Virus record (IMG/VR): IMGVR_UViG_3300029288_000003
Direction: 5' to 3' (one strand)
Source: an uncultured virus (IMG/VR IMGVR_UViG_3300029288_000003)
Taxonomy: Duplodnaviria > Heunggongvirae > Uroviricota > Caudoviricetes
Length of the DNA: 64,000 nucleotides
Shown: piece after piece, positions 40,455 to 50,500 of the stretch
Numbering within the stretch: the first letter of the stretch is position 1
Layout of the letters: every line of letters starts with the position of its first letter
The notes under the pieces: generated by a model
Databases searched by the model: none
What the model was told of the DNA's origin: nothing
The model's input: only the letters and a program-made list of their open reading frames with translations
Made by a program: the position numbers and the translations under genes

Positions 40455-40475
40455 ACGGGTCTTGCCTAACTTCAC

Positions 40476-40509
40476 GAGCCACGCTACTGGAAGTACCGTG
40501 GCTCTTTTT
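40476..40509 (+). terminator. intrinsic terminator
   Basis: GAGCCACG...CGTGGCTC followed by T run. Confidence 0.7.
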
Positions 40510-40622
40510 ATTTATAACATAGATAGCTGATTTATTTGCTTAACGAATCCAAAATTTCTGCCGCCGCAAATAAAATTGTAATTACAATGTAATTACATGG
40601 CGGCTATCTGTGTTATATCTAT

Positions 40623-40685
40623 AAAAATGCCCGGAATTAAAATTTCGCCACCATGCTAGGAGAAATTTTAATTCCGGGCATTTTT
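40623..40685. repeat. perfect 24-bp inverted repeat, 15-nt loop
   Basis: AAAAATGCCCGGAATTAAAATTTC / GAAATTTTAATTCCGGGCATTTTT. Confidence 0.9.
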
Positions 40686-40697
40686 TGATTTTGACCC

Positions 40698-40727
40698 TGG
40701 TGGAAATTTTAGGGTCGCAATGTAGGG
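40698..40727. repeat. 30-bp element, copy A (copy B at 56939-56968)
   Basis: TGGTGGAAATTT(T/G)AGGGTCGCAATGTAGGG, 29/30 identical. Confidence 0.9.
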
Positions 40728-40957
40728 AGTAACCGTATCGCCTGTATCAGACGTATCATCAAGCGGGGTCAGACTTGGTTATATCAATCCTAACGCTGGA
40801 TTGCGTCATACTGATTGTAACGAAGATTCTGTCAAGACACAGTTAGAGCGGGCCGGTACACCCGGCATATACATGACGGTTGTAACGGCTACTCAAGTCG
40901 TGGTTAGTCTGTTGTTTTTATCTCCTGTATGTTTACAAAAATTTTCCACACGTTTCA

Positions 40958-40986
40958 ACTATACCACATGGCGTCAAGTTTGTCAA
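40958..40986 (-). promoter_or_regulatory. minus-strand sigma70 promoter facing an ORF-free region
   Basis: reverse complement TTGACA-N17-TATAGT. Confidence 0.65.
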
Positions 40987-41120
40987 CATACAGGTTAATT
41001 CTGTAAATCTACTTGTCGGGGTCATAATGATTAACGGGGTCTCGCGTGCGCGTCACGCGATTAAATAATGTCGGCTTGACTTTTAACGCCAGCATGTTAT
41101 ACTAGAGTGGAGGGAAAATT

Positions 41121-41399
41121 ATGCGTCATTGGCCTGTTGAATTAGTTGTTGAGTCTTTTAATCCACGTTGCGGAATGTGGGAAGCCGTCGAATCTGTAAG
41201 TATTCGTGGGTATGAATTACCCCGTACTCTCGATGATTATAAATCTGCCCGTTTTGCAGCTTATGAGATTGTCGAGCGGCAAGAGGGAACGTGTCGTATA
41301 GTTGAGGTATTTGACGATAACCAGCGTTGGATATTGTGGTCTGATGGCAAGTGGGCACGTACCGGGATGGAAAGTTTACATGAAGATGATTCATGGTAA
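41121..41399 (+). CDS. hypothetical protein
   Basis: Promoter 41076-41103 and GGAGG SD. Confidence 0.6.
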   Translation: MRHWPVELVVESFNPRCGMWEAVESVSIRGYELPRTLDDYKSARFAAYEIVERQEGTCRIVEVFDDNQRWILWSDGKWARTGMESLHEDDSW

Positions 41400-41434
41400 C
41401 TTGACAACGGCAATTTTTGTGGTATAGTTAATAA

Positions 41435-41665
41435 TGGAGGCTGACGGGTGGCAGGGCAAAACGTAATTGTCGTACCCATCCACGATGCCTTTTCGTTAGA
41501 AAGTCCTAGTAACCTGTTGCGGTGGGGACTAGGCCCGGTACACGCCCGGTAGCGGGGAAGTGGCCGGATTTATTATCGGTCGAAAGGCCCGGAGATAGAA
41601 CCGCCATAGGGCCGAGTAGTAAGCTACCGACGCGCGGGGGAGGGGCGCCCCTCCCCATCTTTTTG
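41435..41665 (+). ncRNA. candidate structured ncRNA
   Basis: Promoter 41401-41428; multiple stems; ends in GGGGAGGG...CCCTCCCC + T run. Confidence 0.55.
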
Positions 41666-43082
41666 TTAATAGAAAGGGGACATTATGCTAGTTGCGTATT
41701 CGTACTCAAATGAGGTTTTGGTTTGCCATGCAAAAGATGAAGCCAAGATGCTTGATGTGTGGTTTGCCAATGGAGGACGTGACCCGGAAGATTACGACCG
41801 CGAAGAATTCGACTCAGTTGTGCGTGTTGGTTCACGAACTCATTGCAAAGGGGACTAATCATGTTTTGGCCGTGGTTTGCTTGTTTGTGTTTTGTCGTTG
41901 TGCGCGGCATGATGTCTCATGCCATTTTGTGGTCGCAGTTAGATAGCCGACAAAAACTGCCGCCGTGGACACTCATTAGTGCCCTTGTCTCGGATTTTGT
42001 AGTGCCGCTTGCGATTGTAGCGGCTGCCCTTGCGTTTAAGCCAGTTCCTTTCAACCCATGCTAAACCTAAACGGCGTCAACAAAGCATCTAAACCTTGTC
42101 ATGTTTCTACGAATGAGCATGGCGAAGTAGTTAAATGGTGGCTTTGTCCATCCCTGAATGAGTGGGCACGACATTGCGGCGTGAATGTAAGATGCTGGAT
42201 TGTGGAAATTGCTGGCCGGGATTCGTATGTCTTGACAGATGAAACTAAGGTCATTTTCGAGACACAATTACTTGAAGATGCCGCTTGCCATATCGACATT
42301 ATGAAACTTGACAAAACGATTCCATGTGGTAAGATTCAAGTATGAAAGTGCAAATTTTCAAGGATGCTGGATATGGTGGTGGTAAACTTTGCTGGGTGCA
42401 AGTCACTAAAACAGAGGCGCTTGCACTTATCCAGAGTCTTGCTGAACAGTTGAAAACCGGAAATCCGAATAGTGGGCGGCTTGAAAGCCGTTGCCGTGGT
42501 GATGTATCTGAGTTGTCAATTTGCGTACATGAAAGGGATTAAATGAAGTATCGGGTTTATGTGCCTGTTACGGGTTATAACGTCTACACCGTGGATGCGA
42601 ATAGCCCAGAGGATGCAGTTGAAACGGTTGCATCGGGTGATTGTGACCCCGATGGTGATACCGCTCTAACAGAGGAAGATGTTGACACTGGATTGTGGGA
42701 TGTTGAACCTGACAATAACTAAAGCAACAGTTATCCAAGGCCACGGGGCTGATCTTGTTTGCTTGCATACTGATTTGCCTAGTCCCATGCCTAAGTTTGT
42801 CGATGCGCCGCTGGAACTTGACTTTCAGGTGGAACGTGATAAGGGCGTGGATTATGTGGTTTATACGCTAGGCATTGACCCTAGCTTGGTGTGCCTCATC
42901 AAACGGGAGAATCCTCCCTATTCATTCCGAAACCGGGGTTAATCTGCCCGGTTTCTTTTCTAAGGATTGTCGGGGTCATAAATTGATTACCAAAATAAAC
43001 ATGCCATGACCCCGCTTAGTGGAATAATCGGAATGTTTATGTTATGGCTTGACAAGCGGTGATTCTGTGATACAGTAGTAGT

Positions 43083-43577
43083 ATGCAGATAACTAAGCAA
43101 TTTGTTGTCGCCGGAAATGCAAAATTTACCGTAAGCAACGCGGACGGTATTAAATTTGCGTATCAGGTGAAAAGCACAAGCCGGGATGCCGACGCTAACC
43201 GTCAAGGTATGTTCCTTGTGTATACATTTGCTGAGAACGGACGGCGGTTGTATGTAGGCCGCTTAAATTCGCATACCGGATTGGTAACGATTGGGCGACG
43301 GAGCAAGGTTAATGAGTCTAGCCTTATGTTTCAAGTGATTCGTTGGGCTTGTAACGTGTTATGGCTCGGTAATGACTTTCCACCCGGCTATCAAGCCGAA
43401 ACGGTAGGCCGGTGTGGTTGTTGTGGGCGTCGATTAGCGAACCCTCGGCAGTTATTTGGCCCAGAGTGTCGCCCTGAAACACGCTCACACAGAGCATACT
43501 CCCGCCGACGCGCTCGCCCCGCCTTGCGTGATTTAGACTGGGGCTGTTGTACGGGTATAAGTGGGGAGGGACAATGA
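43083..43577 (+). CDS. phage protein with C-terminal CxxCGRxL...GPEC zinc ribbon (DUF6011-like)
   Basis: GNAKFTV N-terminus; GRCGCCGRRL...FGPEC; leaderless promoter 43049-43076. Confidence 0.65.
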   Translation: MQITKQFVVAGNAKFTVSNADGIKFAYQVKSTSRDADANRQGMFLVYTFAENGRRLYVGRLNSHTGLVTIGRRSKVNESSLMFQVIRWACNVLWLGNDFPPGYQAETVGRCGCCGRRLANPRQLFGPECRPETRSHRAYSRRRARPALRDLDWGCCTGISGEGQ

Positions 43578-45006
43578 CGGGTTTACTAATCAATATCGGT
43601 ATCCTCTTTATGGGTGTCTGGTGCTGGCAGTTTATCAAAGTAATTGACAGCCCAGCCGATCCGAAAGCGGAAGCGGATTTTTGGAAAGTTTGTTTTTTCA
43701 CAGAGTATTGGCATGGACCTGACGACAAGATTTAGAATCCTGAATACGGAGCTAGAATTTCTACCCGTTGCTGAACGCATGGCCCAATTAGCAGCCCCGG
43801 ATAAACGCAATAAGGTGATACGCCTCATTGCCGCTATTGACCAGGATATTGCTAAACAACGGGACGAGATAGACCGGGAGGTAGAATGGCGCAGGTAGTA
43901 TTGCTAAAACCACGGGTTACGGTCCAAGACCTAAAAATGGTCGAACTTGATTTAGGAGAGGCCGAAATTGACGCCCGTGAAGAGGGCTACCCAAAGATGG
44001 CGGATTGTTTGGGCCGGATGAAAGCGGCAATTCGATCCATGCTTTTTGATTTGGGTGAAGCTCATTGGCTAAACGCCACCCAAGAGAGTGAGAATCACTA
44101 ATGTACTTTGTGCTAGTCAAGGTAACGGATAAGGGAAAAGAAACTCTTGTCGATTTTGCCGATTGTCCCAATGAGTTGGAATATCATCGTTTGCAACACT
44201 GCTACGAATGGTTTGTTTATGCTCATTGGATAAATGGCACACGTACAAAGATTGCGGCAGTGAATTGGTCCGGTGGTGCAAGCTATTGTTTCGATGACCC
44301 GTATGCAGAGAATCGGTGTTGTATCAAAGAACACGATCATATTGTCCCAATGGTACGCGGGGCATTGTTTTACAACCATTTATTTAAGCGGTATCAGGAT
44401 TGCCAAACGGCAAAGACGATTGCCGTGTTTCCAGTGGATGCGTAATTATGCGTTTTATTCTACGTGATTATGCGGATAGTGAAGTGGCCGATATTGCGGT
44501 AGCTGACACTCCCGCCGAACTTTTCGATAATATCTCTTTGTTGAGTGGCCGTATCTGGCGGGTTATTGCCGAACATGATAGTGGTGCCCGTGGTGAAGAT
44601 GTTGCGGTTATTGACTTAACTACCGGAATACATGGTTATAATGTCTTTAATCATCAGACCGTTTCTCATGCTGACCACATGACAAGTGCAGTGTGTATGG
44701 TTCGTAACTTGTTGCAGCATTATTATGTTAATGGGAAACTTAACGATCATGTTGATTTACTGGGTGTGAGGGTTTGCCCGGCATGAGTGAATTTTTCTCA
44801 TTTACCGTGAATTGCATTTATACCGATTTTGTTCAACGAATTGACTTTGATCGGTTAGAGGATGCGCGGGCTTATTATGATCGGCACATTTATGACAAAC
44901 GAATGTGTCTTATCGAATTGGTTGGATTTAGTTGTTTGCTCGGCAGTCTTACGATTTTGTCAAGCCCCCGACTTGACAAACCAAAAAAGTGAGGTATGAT
45001 TCACGT

Positions 45007-45252
45007 ATGCGAGAAGTAGAAAGCCTGTTGCTTGAACTTGATACCGACGAAATTCAGGAATTCGCGGAACTTCATTGTGGTTGGTATGATTCTGACTACT
45101 ATGATGAATGTGAATACGATGAGGAATACGACGAATGGGAAGGCCCACGGGATGGCTATTCTATCGTCGATTCGGCTCTTGACGCTATCCGCGAATGGGT
45201 GGGCGAAGCGCCTGAAAATATCGAGGTTTTGAGAAGCTATGTCACTGTTTGA
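45007..45252 (+). CDS. small acidic protein (leaderless)
   Basis: Promoter 44973-45000, ATG 6 nt downstream; D/E/Y-rich. Confidence 0.6.
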   Translation: MREVESLLLELDTDEIQEFAELHCGWYDSDYYDECEYDEEYDEWEGPRDGYSIVDSALDAIREWVGEAPENIEVLRSYVTV

Positions 45253-45651
45253 TGACGTGCATTGCCGAACAAGGATATTTAGTTTGATCGGTCGCCCGGT
45301 CATACTTACGCATGAATACTACCCTAATAAGCCCGGTGTGATTGTGGCAAAGGGCAAAGGTATGAATTTTCGTATCCGGCTTGACAGCGGTAGTGAAATC
45401 TGGTTTGCTAGAGCAGACTTTAAGTTGCCGCCCTTGCCGCCGGAACAACGCCGCCCGGAATGGGTATCAGACTATTCATCGGGTTTTGATTATGAGGGAT
45501 TAGAGGGTTTCTAATGACTGCGTATCAAAAAGCAGAATTAAGCGGGCGGATTCAATACTACTTGAAACGCGCCGAAGATGCAATCGACCATTATGAGTTT
45601 GCGAAATTTGATGAGTTTGTTGCCATAGCAATTAAACTCCGTCAACAATAT

Positions 45652-45999
45652 GGGGACGAATCGGATTCGACCGGATAGCTAGAAGTGTAGGATGCGTGCC
45701 GTGGTTGGACGACAGGCCACGTAAAAAGTCGCCCGTTAAATCTTAATTGCCAAGCCTAGCTTTGCAATGGCTGCGTAAAGCAGCCCCGGTTGAGAGTCCT
45801 AGCCCGATGGACTTGACTACCGGCCATAAATCGGGACCGCCTTGACCGACGCCAGTGAGTCAAGGTTAAATAAACTGGATAGCAACCCGCCAACCTTGTC
45901 GATTTGGGAAGCGGGAAGCGAAATATCAAAAATCGACTATGCACGTAGACGACTGCATGGAAGTATCGCGGGACGCGGGTTCAATTCCCGCCGTCTCCA
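45652..45999 (+). ncRNA. ssrA: tmRNA, tag (A)AKPSFAMAA
   Basis: GGGGACG/CGTCTCC acceptor with G3-U, GGATTCGAC, PK1, tag ORF 45749-45778, T arm GGGTTCAATTCCC. Confidence 0.95.
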
Positions 46000-46067
46000 C
46001 TTAACCATAGCTCGGCAGTTATGGTGCCGCCCGTTGTGGCCGGGCGGCAATTTTATTTGGAGGTTTT

Positions 46068-46241
46068 ATGGATCGTGAATTAGTAGAAACTGTGCGTGAT
46101 TTTGTGAAAAATGGTAAGGTGTTTGTGCATCTTATCACAGAATCTAAGATTGTCGAATTTCCTGCCAGCGGTGTGCATAGTGCGGGCGGGTATTTGGTGG
46201 TCGAAGTCAAAATTCCAGAGCTACCACTTGACAAGCATTAA
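46068..46241 (+). CDS. hypothetical 57-aa protein (absent from ORF track)
   Basis: GGAGG SD; MDRELVETVRDFVKNGKVFVH... Confidence 0.55.
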   Translation: MDRELVETVRDFVKNGKVFVHLITESKIVEFPASGVHSAGGYLVVEVKIPELPLDKH

Positions 46242-46261
46242 ATGTGTGGTAGTATTGAATA

Positions 46262-46505
46262 GTGCGCGGTTGCTTGTGCCTGTAAGTAGGCCAAGGTTCA
46301 TAGAAACTACCAACCTCTCACGGTTAGCTGCCGAGACATAGGGGTAGTGGTGAATGAATACAGCTTATTAGAGAAAAGAGCGACCCGTCAGGTTTTCTAG
46401 GGGCCAGACGTTAAAGTGTGGTGGGATGCCTATAGATAATTATGATTAAAAACTAAAATCATTGGCACAAGTGAAAAGGCTAGGACTCATCCCCCTAGCC
46501 TTTTC
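46262..46505 (+). ncRNA. candidate structured ncRNA
   Basis: Promoter 46228-46255; GCTTGTGCC/GGCACAAGT closing stem; terminator GAAAAGGCTAGG/CCTAGCCTTTTC. Confidence 0.55.
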
Positions 46506-46621
46506 TGTTGATTTTTCAAGCCAGTTGTCGGGGTCACGAATTGACAACTTTTAATTATGACCCCGACAATAAGATATGTATAGTTATCGGGGTCAGAAAA
46601 CATTAAAATTTGACAAAAGTG

Positions 46622-46672
46622 GTTTTTAATGGTAGACTAAACTTAAATTAAGTTTAGTCTACCATTAAAAAC
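46622..46672. repeat. perfect 51-bp palindrome (25-bp arms, 1-nt centre)
   Basis: GTTTTTAATGGTAGACTAAACTTAA-A-TTAAGTTTAGTCTACCATTAAAAAC. Confidence 0.95.
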
Positions 46673-46755
46673 TAAACTATGCCCCTACGACCCCGATAAT
46701 GTGAAATTTTTGCGTGTTTCTTGACAATGGCATATTTTGATGATAAGATATTGTT

Positions 46756-46935
46756 ATGCTGCGATTCTATCCATACCATCCGCGCGATACCGACGCCTTA
46801 GCGGCGGTTTGCCAAGTGGTTGATATTTGCCGCATTGTTGAGGGCCGCTATGAAGTGGTTGCCGATAACCTAACGTATATGGACGCCATAACAATGGCGG
46901 AAAACCTTAATCTGCAATCTGCCGTAGAAAGCTAA
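46756..46935 (+). CDS. hypothetical 59-aa protein (leaderless, absent from ORF track)
   Basis: Promoter 46721-46749, ATG 6 nt downstream; MLRFYPYHPRDTDA... Confidence 0.5.
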   Translation: MLRFYPYHPRDTDALAAVCQVVDICRIVEGRYEVVADNLTYMDAITMAENLNLQSAVES

Positions 46936-46939
46936 ACCT

Positions 46940-48220
46940 ATGCCGAGTTGTTGGGAATGTGGTGGCGATTTTGCTTTGTCCGAGTTGACGCAACGCGGGC
47001 AAGCCCATTTTTGTCAACAATGCTACGCCACTTTATATTGCCGCTGTTCGGTATGTGGCCGGGAAGTTGAACATGATGAGGCAATTTTTAGTGCCACCGA
47101 CCACCGGCCATACTGTCAGGCTTGCTATCAAGAGCGGTTAGTACACTGCCATAATTGCGGGCGCGAAACAAACAGAAACACTCGGCACACAATCGAGGAC
47201 CATAGCTATTGTAGCTCATGCTTTGATCGGTTGTATACGCATTGTGCTAACTGCGATACCATTTTGCATCGGCATGATACGTGGTCCACCCCCGGTAACG
47301 ATAGATACTGTCAACGCTGTTTTGACGAAAATTGCAGCGTATGTAGCCGTTGCGGTGAAACATTTTGGAATTGCGATATGCGCCGTACCGACCACGGCGT
47401 ATTTTGTGATGAATGTTATCGTGAAAATGATGAGTGGTCGGCGGGCGAATTCATTATTTCCGATCCGCATTATGATGTAATCGGATCGAAACGCCGCTAT
47501 GGTGTCGAACTTGAAACTTCACGATGCAATGATTATCGGTCACTGCATGGCAATACAATATGGGAATGTAAAACAGATTGCTCGATTGAGGGGCGCGAGT
47601 TTGTTTCCCCAATTCTGTGCGGGGATGAGGGGTTAATGGAAATCACTGCATTTTGTACCATTGCTCGCCGAAAGCGTTGGCAAGTCAATAGATACTGTGG
47701 TTATCATGCCCATTTCGATGTGGCCGATGAAAGCTGGGAAGCCTTGCGAAGTATCGCGTATGCGTACCGCAAAACGTATGACTTATGGTGTTGTCTAGTG
47801 TCAGAACAACGGGCAAACAACCCTTATGCTGGGTCGCCGGATTATATGCCAGAGGATGTACGGGCTATTCGCAATGCTTCCGATTGGGATTATTTTGTCG
47901 GTGCGCGTGACCGATTCGAGTTTGTCAACTGGCGGGCTTATCTGGTACACGGAAGTTTTGAGGTTCGATCCCATGATGCTACTCTTGACGCGAATGTCAT
48001 TTGTAACTGGATTAAACTTCATGCTCGCTTTATGGATCGTGTTAAGACAATGACTCTTGACGAAATTGACGACCAATTTAGTGGTAACATAGCATCACAA
48101 TTTGCAGCTTTGAGCGAATTTGTGGGTGAAGAATTATCTTTGGAATACGCTGTTATTGCCGAAGAATTTGGGCATACCCTCATACCGAGGGAGATTGTGG
48201 CCCTTGCCCCGCCGTTTTAA
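46940..48220 (+). CDS. amidoligase (COOH-NH2 ligase, Amidoligase_2-like) with N-terminal CxxC repeats, paralog 1
   Basis: GVELET, DCSI.G.EFVSPIL, CGYHAH, R..FVN, FEVR.H. Confidence 0.75.
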   Translation: MPSCWECGGDFALSELTQRGQAHFCQQCYATLYCRCSVCGREVEHDEAIFSATDHRPYCQACYQERLVHCHNCGRETNRNTRHTIEDHSYCSSCFDRLYTHCANCDTILHRHDTWSTPGNDRYCQRCFDENCSVCSRCGETFWNCDMRRTDHGVFCDECYRENDEWSAGEFIISDPHYDVIGSKRRYGVELETSRCNDYRSLHGNTIWECKTDCSIEGREFVSPILCGDEGLMEITAFCTIARRKRWQVNRYCGYHAHFDVADESWEALRSIAYAYRKTYDLWCCLVSEQRANNPYAGSPDYMPEDVRAIRNASDWDYFVGARDRFEFVNWRAYLVHGSFEVRSHDATLDANVICNWIKLHARFMDRVKTMTLDEIDDQFSGNIASQFAALSEFVGEELSLEYAVIAEEFGHTLIPREIVALAPPF

Positions 48221-48350
48221 TTTTGACTTGACTTTTCCACGACCTGTGGTATAGTTAATAGAGTGAGGGGCGATAAAAAGCCGTCGCCTAGCAAAACTCA
48301 CTAGGCTGTAGTAGCCCAACTGTCAGGCTTGTGAGAGTGAGGTATTTTGC

Positions 48351-49265
48351 ATGTGTGGTTTGTTTGGTGCGATTGGTTTGGGTTGGAATGAGGGCGTCAT
48401 TAGGGCGCTGACGTGGGCGAACCAAGAGAGGGGTACAGATTCTCTTGGTTTCTTCGATTCGTCCGGCAAGATGATTAAGTGTGCTGAAACCCCCAGTGAT
48501 GCGCTGTGTAAGGATAACATTTCGCGCTGGCTTGATGCGTCTTGCCGTGGGTCTGAAAAGCTGGGTCGGGCCGCGAGTTGGTTTATTGCCGGGCATACTC
48601 GGCTTGCCACCCGTGGTAAGGTGAACCGTCAGAATTCGCACCCGTTCCGATACGGTCGAATTATCGGTTCCCACAATGGAATGATCGACGCCCCCAAGGG
48701 GTATGTGGTCGATTCGCAGCATTTGTTCGATGCGTTGCACAAGGCCAAGGGTGACTATAATTCGGCATGGGCCGATATTACGGGTTACTGGGCGGTAACG
48801 TGGTTTGACGATAATGCTTTCTATCTGCAAGTCCATAATGGCGACTTGACGGTGGCCCGTAAGGGAGAGGTATGGTACTACTCCTCGGCATGGTCTCACC
48901 TGGAAAGCTGCATCGGCACTGCCGATGAGGTTATCACGCTGAAAGAGGGCGAAACCCTGCGGTTTACTCTTGAAAATGGCGTGATTGTCAAGTCCGATGC
49001 TCCTAAGTTTGTGTCGGCTGCCCCGGATTACTGGGTTAAGAAATACGGTTGCAGCAATACCAACGATTGGGAGGATGAATACTACGGGTCGGGCCGTTCC
49101 TTCCGTCGTCACGGTAGCCGTGGCAAGGGTTCATGGTACGATCACCATGATTACACAAGCACGACTACCCCAACAAGCACGGGCACTGTCAAGGATTATG
49201 ATGCCGATTGGCGGGAAGCATGGGAAGCCTACTCTACGGAGAGTGAACACGCCAAGGTTGACTAA
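48351..49265 (+). CDS. class II (Ntn) glutamine amidotransferase
   Basis: MCGLFG N-terminal Cys, RG.DS.G, GHTRLAT.G, NSHPF, HNG, DS. Confidence 0.9.
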   Translation: MCGLFGAIGLGWNEGVIRALTWANQERGTDSLGFFDSSGKMIKCAETPSDALCKDNISRWLDASCRGSEKLGRAASWFIAGHTRLATRGKVNRQNSHPFRYGRIIGSHNGMIDAPKGYVVDSQHLFDALHKAKGDYNSAWADITGYWAVTWFDDNAFYLQVHNGDLTVARKGEVWYYSSAWSHLESCIGTADEVITLKEGETLRFTLENGVIVKSDAPKFVSAAPDYWVKKYGCSNTNDWEDEYYGSGRSFRRHGSRGKGSWYDHHDYTSTTTPTSTGTVKDYDADWREAWEAYSTESEHAKVD

Positions 49266-49375
49266 TGGTTGTCGGTTTCTACGGGCGGTAACATAAAAAC
49301 TTGCCGCCCATTTTTATTTGACTTCCCCTTTTTTTGATGATATAGTTAAGTTGTTCACTTAACCATGAGGTACTA

Positions 49376-50431
49376 ATGCCAGCATCAAGTTTACCCTTAC
49401 CCGATCTAGCGGATACCCCCACACAGTCACGATACCAATGTCGGTTATGTGGCCGTCGATTCACGGAGAATCCGTGCCGTGGCCCAGAGAATATGTGTCT
49501 GTGCCAAAATTGCTACGACCGTGAATGTTTCGTTTGCACTGTTTGCGGACGAATCGAATTTAGCAACGGTCGCCGACAACTGGCGCTAGAACCCAATGGC
49601 CCGCCCGTCGCTATTTGCCGCAACTGTGAGCATGAATATCGAACGTGGAATCATGCGGAATTTGTAGTTGAAGATGCAAGCTACAAAAAGATTCGCAGTA
49701 CCCGCAAGTTTGGTATCGAGTTGGAAACATCGGATTGCCCCAATTATCGCAGTCTAAAAGGGGCAACGCCTTTTGGCGCGAAAGTTGATTGCTCGATTCA
49801 TGGTATGGAATTCACTTCTCCGATTTTGTATGGCGATGAGGGTCTTGCCGCTGTTGAAGAATTTTGCAATCACGCTGATCGTCTCGATTTTGACGTGGAT
49901 AGCGATTGCGGGTATCACCTGCATATTGATATGCGGGGTGAATCGGTTGACGCCTTGAAGTCGGTTGCGTATGCGTACACGAAAGCAGACTCGGTATGGC
50001 GTTTGCTTGTCGATTCATTCCGAGCGAATGATTGCGGTTACTGCCGCCGCCCGGAATTTGGTCGGAGTGAAATTTCGCGGGTATCGGATGAGTACAGCAT
50101 GGAGAGATTTTGCGACCGGCAGAATCGCTACACTCTATGCAATCTTAATGCCTACACTAAGTTTGGCAGTTATGAGATTAGGTTGCATCAGGGAAGTTTA
50201 GATGCCCGTGTCATTTGCAACTGGATTAAGGCCCATTTGCGGTTTGTCGATTGGGCGAAAGATAAGACATTCGACGAAATTGACGACGCCTTTCGTGGAT
50301 CGGATTTAGCCCGCTGGGAATCACTGAAAGCCATTTTTGGCGATATTGACCTTAACCGCTACTATGGCCGTGTACGTCGTGGCCGGTTGAACGAAAGCAC
50401 CGAACGTGAACGGGCCGAAGTTGCTGTATAG
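49376..50431 (+). CDS. amidoligase paralog 2
   Basis: FGIELET, DCSIHGMEFTSPIL, CGYHLH, RY..N, YEIRLH. Confidence 0.75.
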   Translation: MPASSLPLPDLADTPTQSRYQCRLCGRRFTENPCRGPENMCLCQNCYDRECFVCTVCGRIEFSNGRRQLALEPNGPPVAICRNCEHEYRTWNHAEFVVEDASYKKIRSTRKFGIELETSDCPNYRSLKGATPFGAKVDCSIHGMEFTSPILYGDEGLAAVEEFCNHADRLDFDVDSDCGYHLHIDMRGESVDALKSVAYAYTKADSVWRLLVDSFRANDCGYCRRPEFGRSEISRVSDEYSMERFCDRQNRYTLCNLNAYTKFGSYEIRLHQGSLDARVICNWIKAHLRFVDWAKDKTFDEIDDAFRGSDLARWESLKAIFGDIDLNRYYGRVRRGRLNESTERERAEVAV

Positions 50432-50469
50432 CGATAGGCCCTGTTTTACAACCCCTCACTCATAGGGGA

Positions 50470-50500
50470 GAACCCGACCTAATAAGTCGGGTTTCTTTTT
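50470..50500 (+). terminator. intrinsic terminator
   Basis: GAACCCGAC-CTAATAA-GTCGGGTTT + T run. Confidence 0.75.

Noticed and set aside
41435..41665. RNase P RNA (contains GAAAGTCC and AGAACC)
   Set aside because: Too short, and the complementary P4 strand and conserved regions could not be placed
48288..49112. 274-aa minus-strand ORF (also 57920-58705, 51447-52028, 36236-36739)
   Set aside because: Antisense shadows of well-supported + strand genes, with no motifs
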